A DNA stretch of 53,644 nt from an uncultured bacterium (GTDB lineage: Bacteria > JAGOEH01). Positions 1-9,682 of the stretch are shown piece after piece. The position numbers and the translations under genes were made by a program. The notes beneath the pieces were generated by a model. That model searched no databases. It saw only the letters and a program-made list of their open reading frames with translations, and was not told where the DNA came from. The DNA is taken from contig CAZWDO010000024.1 of assembly GCA_964632485.1 (NCBI GenBank), positions 1 through 53,644 on the forward strand. Direction: 5' to 3'. Position 1 is the stretch's first letter. Each line of letters starts with the position of its first letter.

Positions 1-912
1 ACAAATTTGCATTACAATTCTACTACGGGTATTTCTGTCCGTGAAAATCTATGTTTGACCTTAATCAAAGGGAACTCGGATCAATATGAAAATTTGTCCC
101 ACGAGTTACACCGAATTCTTATCGATAGTTTATGTTGTAGCGACACTCTTTCGACTTTATTGATCATACCTACGGACAAACTCTATTACCTGCCGTTTGA
201 AAGTGTATTAGATAATGAAAATCGCTTTTTGATTCAAAATAAGAGTATCGCCTATCTGCCTTCATTGTTTTGTTTATCCATCGTTCCTCAAGTTGATGAA
301 AAATTCGAGAATCCAAAGATAGTTGGAATTGGTAACCCGGATTTGGGTATGCCGGATTTTGATTTGCCTTATTCCGAAGAAGAGATTTTAAGTATTAAAC
401 AGAATTTTCCCGAAACCCGGATTTTATTGCGTAACCTGGCGTCTGAAAAAAATCTCAAACAAATCGATAGCGCCGATATTCTTCATATCGCTTGTCATGG
501 CGATTTCGATGCCTATTTACCTGATTTTTCGTATTTAATGCTATGCGGAGATGAATCCGATGACGGGAATCTGTATTTGAACGAAATATGGGAATTGAAG
601 CTTTCTGTAAAGTTAACGGTAATCGCTTCATGTCAAACAGGTAAGGTGGATATTAATGCCGGCGACGATATCACAGGTATCAGCCAGTCTTTTTTTATTG
701 CCGGCAGTCAATCGATCATTGCCAGTTTCTGGAGTATTGATGATAAGGCGACCAGTATTTTAATGAAAAATTTTTATCAATCGCTTCGATCGGATATGAC
801 GATAAAAGATGCCCTCAGAAGCGCTAAATTGAAATTTATCAAAAGTCCCGTTCCGATTGAATATCATCATCCATTTTACTGGAGCGCGTTTTCTCTATTG
901 GGGAATTTTTAA
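1..912 (+). CDS. CHAT (caspase-like) domain protein, C-terminal part; probably begins upstream of the window
   Basis: CHAT motifs IIPTDKLYYLPFESV, HIACHG (catalytic His), IASCQTG (catalytic Cys), ASFWSIDD and HPFYWSAF. Confidence 0.9.
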   Translation, partial: TNLHYNSTTGISVRENLCLTLIKGNSDQYENLSHELHRILIDSLCCSDTLSTLLIIPTDKLYYLPFESVLDNENRFLIQNKSIAYLPSLFCLSIVPQVDEKFENPKIVGIGNPDLGMPDFDLPYSEEEILSIKQNFPETRILLRNLASEKNLKQIDSADILHIACHGDFDAYLPDFSYLMLCGDESDDGNLYLNEIWELKLSVKLTVIASCQTGKVDINAGDDITGISQSFFIAGSQSIIASFWSIDDKATSILMKNFYQSLRSDMTIKDALRSAKLKFIKSPVPIEYHHPFYWSAFSLLGNF

Positions 913-1067
913 CTGATAATTGTTATTAGAAAATCAAAAATAGTTTGAAATATTCAGAGTGTCGTTCCGCAAGTTTGAGCGCTTAGAAATGACGAAACTC
1001 CTGTTGAAAAGAGCGCAAAACCGGTTAGCGCGGAATGGTATTCAGTCCCAATACAGATGGATTGCGG

Positions 1068-2357
1068 CTACCATATTTTCGTGATTTGCCGGGCGATCCG
1101 TTTCGCGAGCGCCATGATGGTGAGTATGGGCGGTTTTCCTAAGGAATGGGGCAGTAAGGAAGCATCGGCGACGTATAAATTTTCCGGCAAAAAACCATGA
1201 TGCAGGGTGGATGCTTCCGCTTCTGTTAATGGCAAGCTTCCGCCGGGATGTCCCGCATTAATCAGCCCTTCGACGATTTGCGAACGCTGGATGCCCATCA
1301 ATTTGAATAGCCGGTAAATATCTTCCCGAGCTGCGTTGAGATGTCGATGATCATCAGGGGTTAAATCTTTATAAATTTTGCGTCGTGTGATCCTGCCATG
1401 GGCATCGTCGGCCAGTTTAATCATAATACCGAAAATATCGGACGCTTTAGAGGCGCGCCATTGGGGATGGAAGAAGAAGCTTAGAGGATCAAAATAGGGG
1501 GAAAGGATGACATGATCGCGGCGGCTGATGAATGGCATGGGGAGTTCCCGGTTTTGCCAACTGGCCGGTAGCCGGGCCATTAAGGTTAATACCGGATCTA
1601 TAAAAAAACGGGGAGATGTTTCGATTCCCAACGCTTGTAATATACGGGGAGTACCAATTCCCCCAGCGCAAAGAATGACTGCATCAAAGGGCCATAGCCG
1701 TCGACTGTAACCTTGACGAACCCTAACGCCGGTAACATGATGGTTTTCAATTTCCAGATCGGTAACTTCACAACCCGGTAAGAGTTTGGCGCCTTTTTGC
1801 AGCGCTTTTTCCACCATATACCCGGCATGCCACTTGATATGATGAGGACATCCCAGGACGCAATGGCCGCAGTTACGGCATTGTTGGTAATTGCCCATCT
1901 TAGGTACAATTTCAACTTCCCATCCGCTTTCACGACAGGCATTGAAAAGCTGATGAGTGGGTGGATGCCATAGATGCTGATGCTCCAATGTTATGGGCAA
2001 TTCGCTTTTTAAAGCGCTGAACTCTTCATTGAGATCAAGTCCTATTTGTTTTAGATCTTCGTTACAATCTACGGCATTCCCGCAGGAAAGGGTGGTAGAG
2101 CCACCGACGCATCGTCCCCAAACCAGCGGGATGCCGTTGCTGGCCCGTGTAACACGCATGGCCGGGAAAAACCATTGGATCATGCGTTCATCGCGAATAA
2201 GACGGGTGGGACGCAAGGCGTCCAGTAGGCTTATGGGCCAGGCGAAAGAATGAAATGGCGCTCCGGCTTCCAACAGCAAAACTTCAGCCTTTCCGGCTAA
2301 TTCCGCCGCCATCATGGCTCCGCCCGCGCCGCTGCCCACTATGGCAATACGTTTCAT
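1068..2357 (-). CDS. GMC-family FAD-dependent oxidoreductase
   Basis: GSGAGG FAD motif, GRCVGGST, CxxCGxCxxGC, and C-terminal LYVADAS...PPILTIMALA. Confidence 0.85.
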   Translation of the reverse strand: MKRIAIVGSGAGGAMMAAELAGKAEVLLLEAGAPFHSFAWPISLLDALRPTRLIRDERMIQWFFPAMRVTRASNGIPLVWGRCVGGSTTLSCGNAVDCNEDLKQIGLDLNEEFSALKSELPITLEHQHLWHPPTHQLFNACRESGWEVEIVPKMGNYQQCRNCGHCVLGCPHHIKWHAGYMVEKALQKGAKLLPGCEVTDLEIENHHVTGVRVRQGYSRRLWPFDAVILCAGGIGTPRILQALGIETSPRFFIDPVLTLMARLPASWQNRELPMPFISRRDHVILSPYFDPLSFFFHPQWRASKASDIFGIMIKLADDAHGRITRRKIYKDLTPDDHRHLNAAREDIYRLFKLMGIQRSQIVEGLINAGHPGGSLPLTEAEASTLHHGFLPENLYVADASLLPHSLGKPPILTIMALAKRIARQITKIW

Positions 2358-2396
2358 GCGCGCTCCTTTTTTAATGACCTTGCATTGTCGGTTTAT

Positions 2397-3011
2397 TCAA
2401 GATTCAACGACTTCGTGTTCCGTTTGCCCCGCCGCCATCCGGTATGCCGAAATCCCGGCGAATCGTTTTTTATTGCGCGGTGTTCGATTACACTGTATAA
2501 TTTGACACCCGGGGGACGGGTCGGTGAACCGACGGCTGAATTTGAAATGCCCGTTCCCCAACAACCCATCCATCAGTCCCCGATCCATATACCCCATGAA
2601 GCGGCAGGTTCTCAGATCGTAAATGTTTTTGAAATAGCATTCCCTGACAATCAGTTCGCCCGGCTGAACCGATTCAATGGCGATCCCCAGGAAGGTATAA
2701 ACTGCGCGGATTATATAATAAAAAAAAGGCCAGCCACGTTTAAATTTAAATAATGAAAGGCTGAAACGAACCATTCTTCCCCAGTTCCAGGCCAATTGAT
2801 AGATTGTTATCGCGCGCTGTTTCGCGCGTTGGGGATTCCTGTATAGTTCCTGAACACGGGAATGAGTATAATGCGCCAGAGAACTCCGCAAAACTGATAG
2901 ATTGCTATGAAATTCATAGGGAAAGCGTCCTCCAAGTCGCGAACGTAATCCCAGGATCAGGCTGATTAAAAATATTTTGGAAATAAAACCGACAAGAGTA
3001 TCTCTCAGCAT
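2397..3011 (-). CDS. Hypothetical protein, possibly V4R/ATC-hydrolase-like fold
   Basis: 204-aa ORF co-oriented within the cluster; C-terminal CYF...TCRFMGYMDRG...GC cysteine pattern. Confidence 0.55.
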   Translation of the reverse strand: MLRDTLVGFISKIFLISLILGLRSRLGGRFPYEFHSNLSVLRSSLAHYTHSRVQELYRNPQRAKQRAITIYQLAWNWGRMVRFSLSLFKFKRGWPFFYYIIRAVYTFLGIAIESVQPGELIVRECYFKNIYDLRTCRFMGYMDRGLMDGLLGNGHFKFSRRFTDPSPGCQIIQCNRTPRNKKRFAGISAYRMAAGQTEHEVVES

Positions 3012-3169
3012 CGATTTTTTTCCATGGCATTAAAATTTTGTATCATCGATTCCCGTCGGATGGAAGGGAATGGTTCCTTATATTTATTCTTTTTATTGGT
3101 AGATGGCGTATCGCGGGGTAGAAAATTATGATGGTGGTTTGGAAGATGTTTGTTCGGAATCGATTACGA

Positions 3170-6016
3170 TTATTCATATAGGTTTTGAATGATGGCATGA
3201 AATTTTTTTAAAAGGATATGGCGCCGAAGTTTAAGATTCGGCGTCAACTCGCCGTCCCGGATAGAAAGCGGTTGTTCCATGAGCCGCCATTTTTTTATGC
3301 GGCAATGGGCGGGAAGCTCCTGGTTTATATCGTTAATCGTTGCGCTAATAATATGCAGCAGGGAAGATTTATCCGAATCGGGTTCCGCCCAAAGGAGAGC
3401 GCCGCAGAAGGGCTGCTGGTCGCCGATGAGGAGCGAGCATTGGATGCCGGGGATTATATTAAGTCGGGTTTCAATGGGTTGGGGGTTGATGTTTTTCCCG
3501 TAAGACGTAATGAGGATATCTTTTTTCCGGCCGGAAAGTATCAAATAACCGTCATCATCCAGCTCTCCCAAATCGCCCGTGTGAAGAATCCCCTTGTTAG
3601 TTGGCAATTCCAGACTTTGCAAATTTTCCCAAATAGCGCTGCAAGTCGTGTTGCTCGCTTCATTTTTAGCTATCCGGTTTTTTTCGGCGAACTCATTGGC
3701 GCTAATCAGAATCGATGTAAGTTGCTGGAGGGTATAGCCAATCTGGGGGCCTTGAACGGCAATTTCATGGTCTATCTTTAGAGTAATGGATGTTTGCGGG
3801 AGTCTTTCGCCTACTGTTTGCAGATGATTGCGCCCGGGAAGATTAATGCTGATCAGGGGAGCTTCGGTAAGTCCGTATGCATTATGAATTTCAATGCCCA
3901 TCGAGCGAAAATCGTTAAGTAAACCCTGATCAATAGGGGCGGAACCGGTAATCAGCCATTGGCAGCGGTTTAATCCGGTCATAGATTGAAGCAAACTCCC
4001 TGCTATTTTTTGTAAAGCGGGGGTGGTCGCCATTTTTCTAAACCAGGTCTGGTTATAGAACCGGTGATGAATTTTTTCATAGAGCCGGGGAACAGAGAAA
4101 AAAATTGTGGGTTTCACTTTTCTTAAGGCATAAGCTGCATCTTTGATTTGATCCAGAAAGGTAATGGAAATTCGGCCGGGAAGATAATAGGGGGTATAGA
4201 GTCCCATAATTCCTTCCACCACATGGTTCATTGGCAGAAAGGAAAGATAACGCATGGGTATCCGTGTCGTTTCGCAGGGGAGAAAGGAGGCAATTGTTTC
4301 GGCTATCCAGCGTATCTGTCGATGTGTGAAGAAAACAGGTTGCGCTATTCCGGTGGTTCCTGAACTATAGCGTATCGTGGCGATTTGGTTTGGATTGACT
4401 TCAACGAGAGGTAAATCAGGGATCTGCTGGCCGGTTTTTAGAAATTCATCCCAGTTTATGCCAGTCATATTATCGGGAGGATGGGTACAGAAAAATATAA
4501 TCGGTATGGAGGTGGGGAGTTGATTTAAATCAAATTCTACTTTTTCGATTCCCCAGGCCAGCGCCCGGGGTTTTGTTTCCGCCAGGATATCCTGTATTTC
4601 ACGCAAGGGACTGGTGAAATAAAGCGGAACCGTGATAATGCCGGCCAATCCGCAAGCAATATCCAAAATCGCATAACGATGTGAATTGACGCCGATAATC
4701 GCCAGGCGATCGCCTGGTTTGAATCCGGACGCCAACAATGCATTCAAGGTTTGGCGGATCGCGCTTTTTATTTGAGCGGCAGGGATGTGAAGCTGCTTAC
4801 GGTGGCGCATATCCCGGTATTGAATTGTAGCCTGTTGCCGCTCTATTTGGTGGAGCGCTTGTTCAGCGGGAGTTCTGTCTGAGCGATGCAGGAAATGGTG
4901 ATTAACCCCGAAACGCAATAAACGCGGCAGATACTCGGTCCAGGAATATGGCCACTGTGGAGTGAAGGCTTCGCATCGGTCCCGGCTGAAGCGAGGTTGA
5001 TGGATAAAATAGGGAATCAGGCGGGTTAAGCCCTGTATTGAATGAGGCAAAAAAGGATGGAGCGGTTCGATGATTTTATTGGATAATAAGCGGTTAGCGC
5101 CAATAAAGGTTATATCCGGCCATTGGCCATCCAGATAGTTTCGGCACCACTCAGTAACGGCGTTAAATAATCTTTCCACAGTCGGAGTATCCGATTCAGG
5201 CGCGGTTAGATGAAAGGTATATCCCACACTCATGGGATTAAGCGTGATATCAGCAATGGTTCCGGCTACGTAATCGACGGGAACGAAATTGAGTGGCAGG
5301 GAGGGATCCACCGGCCAAATTCTCATTTTTTTCTGGATATAAGCGCGAAATGCCAAATATAGTGTATTAAAGGTTTTGATCCACCCAGTACGGGAATCGC
5401 CGACCACCATGCCCGGACGAAAAATGGTCATGGGAATCTCAGTCGCCATTTCTCGAACAATACGTTCCCCTTCATATTTCGTTTGCTCATAGGCATTAGA
5501 AAAAGACGGGCGGTTGAGCAGTGTGTCTTCTGATAGATTGGCGGAGGTTTGGCCGCATACATAAGCCGTGGAGATATGGGAAAAACGTTGGAATTGTCCA
5601 TGACGGCAGCAATTTTTTGCCAGTTTCAGCATATTAGCCGAGGCGTCAATATTGAGTCGCTGCAACTCGCTGAGGGGAGCAGTAATGCGCCAAACTCCGG
5701 CGCTGTGGATAATATGGCTGATATTTTCCCACAATTGATGATGAGTTTCGATATCGATGCCCAAACCGGGAGAGCTTATATCGGCGGGTATCAGATGGAT
5801 GCGGGAATTATAGTTTTCCAGTAAATGCGGGAAGTCCCACCATTGTCGTTGGAGTCGGGTTCGGGCATGGTTGGGAGAGGATGCTCGGATCAGCAGCCAT
5901 ATATGAGCCTGAGTATTTTCAAGAAGATAATCGCAGAGAATGGTCCCAATAAATCCGGTGGCGCCGCTGATGAGTATTTGAGGGGTGGGGGCTGTCATCA
6001 TGGGCGGGTTTTCCAT
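3170..6016 (-). CDS. Fusion of an N-terminal extended SDR (fatty-acyl/thioester reductase-like) domain and a C-terminal long-chain acyl-CoA synthetase (AMP-binding) domain
   Basis: SGATGFIG, HISTAYV, YEQTK and RPGMVVG (NAD_binding_4-like); YSSGTTG, YGLTEA, HTGDLG, GRKKD and LTPNLKLRR (adenylate-forming). Confidence 0.9.
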   Translation of the reverse strand: MENPPMMTAPTPQILISGATGFIGTILCDYLLENTQAHIWLLIRASSPNHARTRLQRQWWDFPHLLENYNSRIHLIPADISSPGLGIDIETHHQLWENISHIIHSAGVWRITAPLSELQRLNIDASANMLKLAKNCCRHGQFQRFSHISTAYVCGQTSANLSEDTLLNRPSFSNAYEQTKYEGERIVREMATEIPMTIFRPGMVVGDSRTGWIKTFNTLYLAFRAYIQKKMRIWPVDPSLPLNFVPVDYVAGTIADITLNPMSVGYTFHLTAPESDTPTVERLFNAVTEWCRNYLDGQWPDITFIGANRLLSNKIIEPLHPFLPHSIQGLTRLIPYFIHQPRFSRDRCEAFTPQWPYSWTEYLPRLLRFGVNHHFLHRSDRTPAEQALHQIERQQATIQYRDMRHRKQLHIPAAQIKSAIRQTLNALLASGFKPGDRLAIIGVNSHRYAILDIACGLAGIITVPLYFTSPLREIQDILAETKPRALAWGIEKVEFDLNQLPTSIPIIFFCTHPPDNMTGINWDEFLKTGQQIPDLPLVEVNPNQIATIRYSSGTTGIAQPVFFTHRQIRWIAETIASFLPCETTRIPMRYLSFLPMNHVVEGIMGLYTPYYLPGRISITFLDQIKDAAYALRKVKPTIFFSVPRLYEKIHHRFYNQTWFRKMATTPALQKIAGSLLQSMTGLNRCQWLITGSAPIDQGLLNDFRSMGIEIHNAYGLTEAPLISINLPGRNHLQTVGERLPQTSITLKIDHEIAVQGPQIGYTLQQLTSILISANEFAEKNRIAKNEASNTTCSAIWENLQSLELPTNKGILHTGDLGELDDDGYLILSGRKKDILITSYGKNINPQPIETRLNIIPGIQCSLLIGDQQPFCGALLWAEPDSDKSSLLHIISATINDINQELPAHCRIKKWRLMEQPLSIRDGELTPNLKLRRHILLKKFHAIIQNLYE

Positions 6017-7215
6017 CCGTGGGCGTTGAGGAAAGAGCGCAATATTTGGCGATTCTCTCGGGAGCGAGCCACAAATTCAGAGTAAGCATTTTGGATATGT
6101 TTCTCTTCTTGCAAATGATGACTCAAAACATCGGTGATGGCTGCAACCAATTTGTCATAAGAATCGGGGAATTGGGAGATGGTGAAAAACCGATGGGCCA
6201 GGTTTAATTCCCGGTAGAGTTGGTGAAGTCGTTGATCATGGCCGATCGCTATTTGAGGGACACTTCCCCCTAAGGATAAAATAGCGGCGTGGTAACGCGA
6301 GGTTAATAAAAAATGGAGCGCGCGTAAACGGGATGTAATAGCGAAAGCATCATATTCACGGGCAGAAATAATTTGAATTTTTTCCCGCAAGGTCGAGCGC
6401 TCATATATTTCGCGGCAAAAGGGTTCATCCAGCGCTTCCATGGCAAAAATAAGCAAAGGGCGATCCTCTTTTTGAATTAGCTGGTCGCATAATCCGGCAT
6501 ACATGGTCAGTAATTGATTTCGTTGATGAATTCGTTGCGTTGATTGGGAAAAATAGTAGGGCCAGCGATAGCATTGTTTTTTACCACCCCATAAACGGAT
6601 TTTTACCGGCCAGATAGTCACATCGACCGGAGCCAGGCCCCAGGGGCGCTCTTTAATCGCGGGTCGTGTTTCCGCTTCGCTTGCCAGGCATCCAAATTCC
6701 AACGCGTTATCGGCGGAAACGACGAGGGGCGCTGTTATTCCATATTCCCGGAGGATATGGGATGCCTGGTGGGAGCGGGTGATAATTAATGATGATTTTG
6801 ATGCTATTTTTCGTATTAAATAGCGGTTGAGTGGGGAACGGATCGGCCCGGCATCGACTGCATACGCTAAAAGAGGCTTATGGTAGTAAAATGCGCATTG
6901 CGTGCTCCAGAGAAAAAACCAAAGCAGGACGGATGACCAGCTTTCCATATAAGTACTGCCCTCAACCAGAAGTATCAGATCATGCTCGCGGACCAGACGG
7001 GCTATTTGCGCGAGAAAAAAGGGTGAAAGATTAATAATGCGGATATGTTCAGTGGGGGTTAAGTATCGTTTAAGGTTAGCCGGATTAAGTGATGGTATTG
7101 TGATTTGAAATGGTTGATTCAGTGTTTGAAAAAGATCGCGAATATCCTGAAGAAGCAAGGCTTCCGCGCCCGTATTGTTGGCGCCGTTATAACCGATAAT
7201 AAGTATTTTCAGCAT
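5998..7215 (-). CDS. Polysaccharide pyruvyl transferase family protein
   Basis: N-terminal GYNGANNTGAEALL and C-terminal SRYHAAILS motifs. Confidence 0.8.
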   Translation of the reverse strand: MLKILIIGYNGANNTGAEALLLQDIRDLFQTLNQPFQITIPSLNPANLKRYLTPTEHIRIINLSPFFLAQIARLVREHDLILLVEGSTYMESWSSVLLWFFLWSTQCAFYYHKPLLAYAVDAGPIRSPLNRYLIRKIASKSSLIITRSHQASHILREYGITAPLVVSADNALEFGCLASEAETRPAIKERPWGLAPVDVTIWPVKIRLWGGKKQCYRWPYYFSQSTQRIHQRNQLLTMYAGLCDQLIQKEDRPLLIFAMEALDEPFCREIYERSTLREKIQIISAREYDAFAITSRLRALHFLLTSRYHAAILSLGGSVPQIAIGHDQRLHQLYRELNLAHRFFTISQFPDSYDKLVAAITDVLSHHLQEEKHIQNAYSEFVARSRENRQILRSFLNAHGWKTRP

Positions 7216-7405
7216 AAATCAAACCATTTTAAACGTTAGATAGTCGATTGAAACCATATCTCCAACAATGAGCATTGCTAAATATATCCGTGTTGCAATA
7301 GGTTGTTCGCAATCGCGCTGAACAGTGTTCGGAAGCAATATCCTATTAAATTATACGTAAATTTTAATAATAATTCAAGGGAAAAATTTATACATCGAAT
7401 GGAGC

Positions 7406-7434
7406 TTGACATTTTGTGATACTTGATTTATATT
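7406..7434 (+). promoter_or_regulatory. Sigma70-type promoter for the DMT transporter
   Basis: TTGACA-17 bp-TATATT. Confidence 0.6.
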
Positions 7435-7484
7435 TAAGGCACTGTTTTTTCACCTGTGTATATTGATATCAAGGAGTGTTAATT

Positions 7485-8387
7485 ATGATCGAAAATGTTG
7501 CAGGAGAATTGGCGGCTTTAGGTACAGCATGTTGTTGGACCGTTTCCGCCATGTCTTTTGAATTGGCCAGCAAACGCGTGGGATCTCTTTCGGTGAATTT
7601 GATCCGATTATTATTCGCTTTTGTAATGTTTTCGATCTATATGGGCGCGCGCACCGGTTGGTTTCTGCCGTTACATGCATCCCCTCATGCCTGGTTTTGG
7701 CTCTCTCTATCGGGTATTGTCGGTTTTGCCCTGGGTGATCTCTTCTTATTTCAAGCATTTGTGGAGATTGGTTCCCGGATCAGTATGTTGATTATGGCAT
7801 CGGTACCAATACTAACTGCGTTGATCGGATGGTTTTTTTTAGGAGAGACGATGACCCGTTGGGATTTAATAGGGATGTTTGTAACGATTTGCGGAATTTC
7901 ACTGGTAGTATTAGAGCGCAACCCTGAAAATGACAGATCATTACGGTTGAAGCATTCCCTGCGGGGAATTCTGTTAGCGTGCGGGGGCGCCGCAGGCCAG
8001 GCGATTGGCCTGGTTCTCAGCAAATACGGAATGGAAGGACATTTCGATCCCTTTGCAGCGACACAAATTCGGGTGATTAGCGGTATTCTTGGGTTTGGAT
8101 TGATCCTGACTGTTTATCGTCGCTGGGGACGGTTCAGACAATCGATCACTAACCGTTCCGCTTTGATTCCGGTATCGCTGGGTTCGTTTTTCGGTCCTTT
8201 TTTAGGGGTTTCCCTGTCTTTGCTGGCCGTACAATACACCACGACAGGGGTCGCTTCGACCTTGATCGCCATTGTGCCGGTATTGATTATTCCTCCCGCT
8301 ATCATCATCTATAAGGAACGAGTGACTGTTAAGGAGATTTTAGGGGCCATCATTACGATTTGTGGCGTTGTATTCTTTTTTATTTAG
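7485..8387 (+). CDS. EamA/DMT family transporter
   Basis: About ten hydrophobic helices in two EamA repeats; AAGGAG ribosome-binding site before ATG 7485. Confidence 0.88.
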   Translation: MIENVAGELAALGTACCWTVSAMSFELASKRVGSLSVNLIRLLFAFVMFSIYMGARTGWFLPLHASPHAWFWLSLSGIVGFALGDLFLFQAFVEIGSRISMLIMASVPILTALIGWFFLGETMTRWDLIGMFVTICGISLVVLERNPENDRSLRLKHSLRGILLACGGAAGQAIGLVLSKYGMEGHFDPFAATQIRVISGILGFGLILTVYRRWGRFRQSITNRSALIPVSLGSFFGPFLGVSLSLLAVQYTTTGVASTLIAIVPVLIIPPAIIIYKERVTVKEILGAIITICGVVFFFI

Positions 8388-8484
8388 AATTCAGGCTTGT
8401 TAAAATCAGTTTTCCATCGAAAGATTATGCAAATATATCTTTACAGGCTCTGATAGAATGTCAATGGGTATGATTGAAGTAATA

Positions 8485-8512
8485 GCGGATTCCCGCCGAC
8501 GTGGGAATCCGC
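8485..8512. terminator. Intrinsic terminator hairpin between convergent DMT and serA genes
   Basis: GCGGATTCCC...GGGAATCCGC inverted repeat. Confidence 0.65.
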
Positions 8513-8534
8513 AAAAGAACGACTCACGAAATAA

Positions 8535-9461
8535 TTATTTATTGACCTGAAAAGTTCGATCACCTTTTTCAAAAAAGGCGACAATTTGATTGGCTGCGGC
8601 TAAGCCGGCATTAATATTGGCTTCCGAAGTTTCGGCGCCCATTTTTTTTGTTGTGGCATGGTAGCGGGTTCCATATTTTTCGACTAATTCCGCGTGACAT
8701 CCTGGCGCGACATCAGTGGCATATTTTAAATCGTCGCGTTCAGCCATGATTTTTAAAAGGCTTTCTTCGCAGATGACTTCTTTGCGGGCCGTATTGATCA
8801 AGGCGGCATTTTTTTTCATTTTTGACAGTAGATTATAGTTGATTGATTTCTTTGTTTTATCATTGGCTGGAATATGGAGAGAAATAAAATCGCATTGAGA
8901 ATAAAGCTCTTCAATGTTTTCAACAATGCTTACGCCATCAGCTTCAATTTTAGATTTTTCCACAAAAGGATCGAAGGCATAGACTTCCATGCCAAACCCT
9001 TTGCCGATTTGAGCCACTAACCGGCCTACATGGCCATAAGCATGAATTCCGATTTTTTTGCCGCGTAATTCACTGCCGTTACCTTGAGTAAACTTGTTTC
9101 GGGCCAGATAGATCATCATGCCGATGGCCAGTTCAGCCACGGCATTTGAATTCTGCCCCGGAGTGTTCATAGCGCAAATTCCTTTCGTTCCGGCCGCAGC
9201 CAGATCAATATTATCGTAACCGGCGCCGGCGCGTACGATAATTTTCAACTTTTCCGCCGCATTGATGAGTTCGGCATTCGCAATATCACTACGGATAATC
9301 ATGGCCTCTACATCGGCAACGGCTTTTAATAAATCGGTTCTATCTGTATATTTTTCCAGTTTTACCAGTTCATAACCGGCCGTTTTGAATATTTTCTCAA
9401 TTCCATCTACCGCTGCTTTCGCAAAGGGCTTTTCCGTAGCAAGCAATACTTTTTGGGGCAT
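8535..9461 (-). CDS. serA: D-3-phosphoglycerate dehydrogenase (short form, no ACT domain)
   Basis: RAGAGYDNID, MNTPGQNSNAVAEL, ISLHIP and INTAR motifs of D-2-hydroxyacid dehydrogenases. Confidence 0.8.
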   Translation of the reverse strand: MPQKVLLATEKPFAKAAVDGIEKIFKTAGYELVKLEKYTDRTDLLKAVADVEAMIIRSDIANAELINAAEKLKIIVRAGAGYDNIDLAAAGTKGICAMNTPGQNSNAVAELAIGMMIYLARNKFTQGNGSELRGKKIGIHAYGHVGRLVAQIGKGFGMEVYAFDPFVEKSKIEADGVSIVENIEELYSQCDFISLHIPANDKTKKSINYNLLSKMKKNAALINTARKEVICEESLLKIMAERDDLKYATDVAPGCHAELVEKYGTRYHATTKKMGAETSEANINAGLAAANQIVAFFEKGDRTFQVNK

Positions 9462-9561
9462 GGTTCCACTCCGTTTTTTTTCAGGTTAAACGATAAGAGT
9501 TGGGCGACATTTCAAAAAATGCTGAATTCATTGATAATTCAATGGATATAACATTTTACAA

Positions 9562-9590
9562 AATATATAATGATTAGTTATAAATGTCAA
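9562..9590 (-). promoter_or_regulatory. Sigma70-type promoter for serA
   Basis: Minus strand TTGACA-17 bp-TATATT. Confidence 0.55.
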
Positions 9591-9682
9591 GCAAAAAAAT
9601 ATGTTGTTAAAAAATAGATTTAAACGCTTCTAAATCGAGATCTATTATAGCTGCCTGTTAGATTTTACGTTATGGAGTGCGT

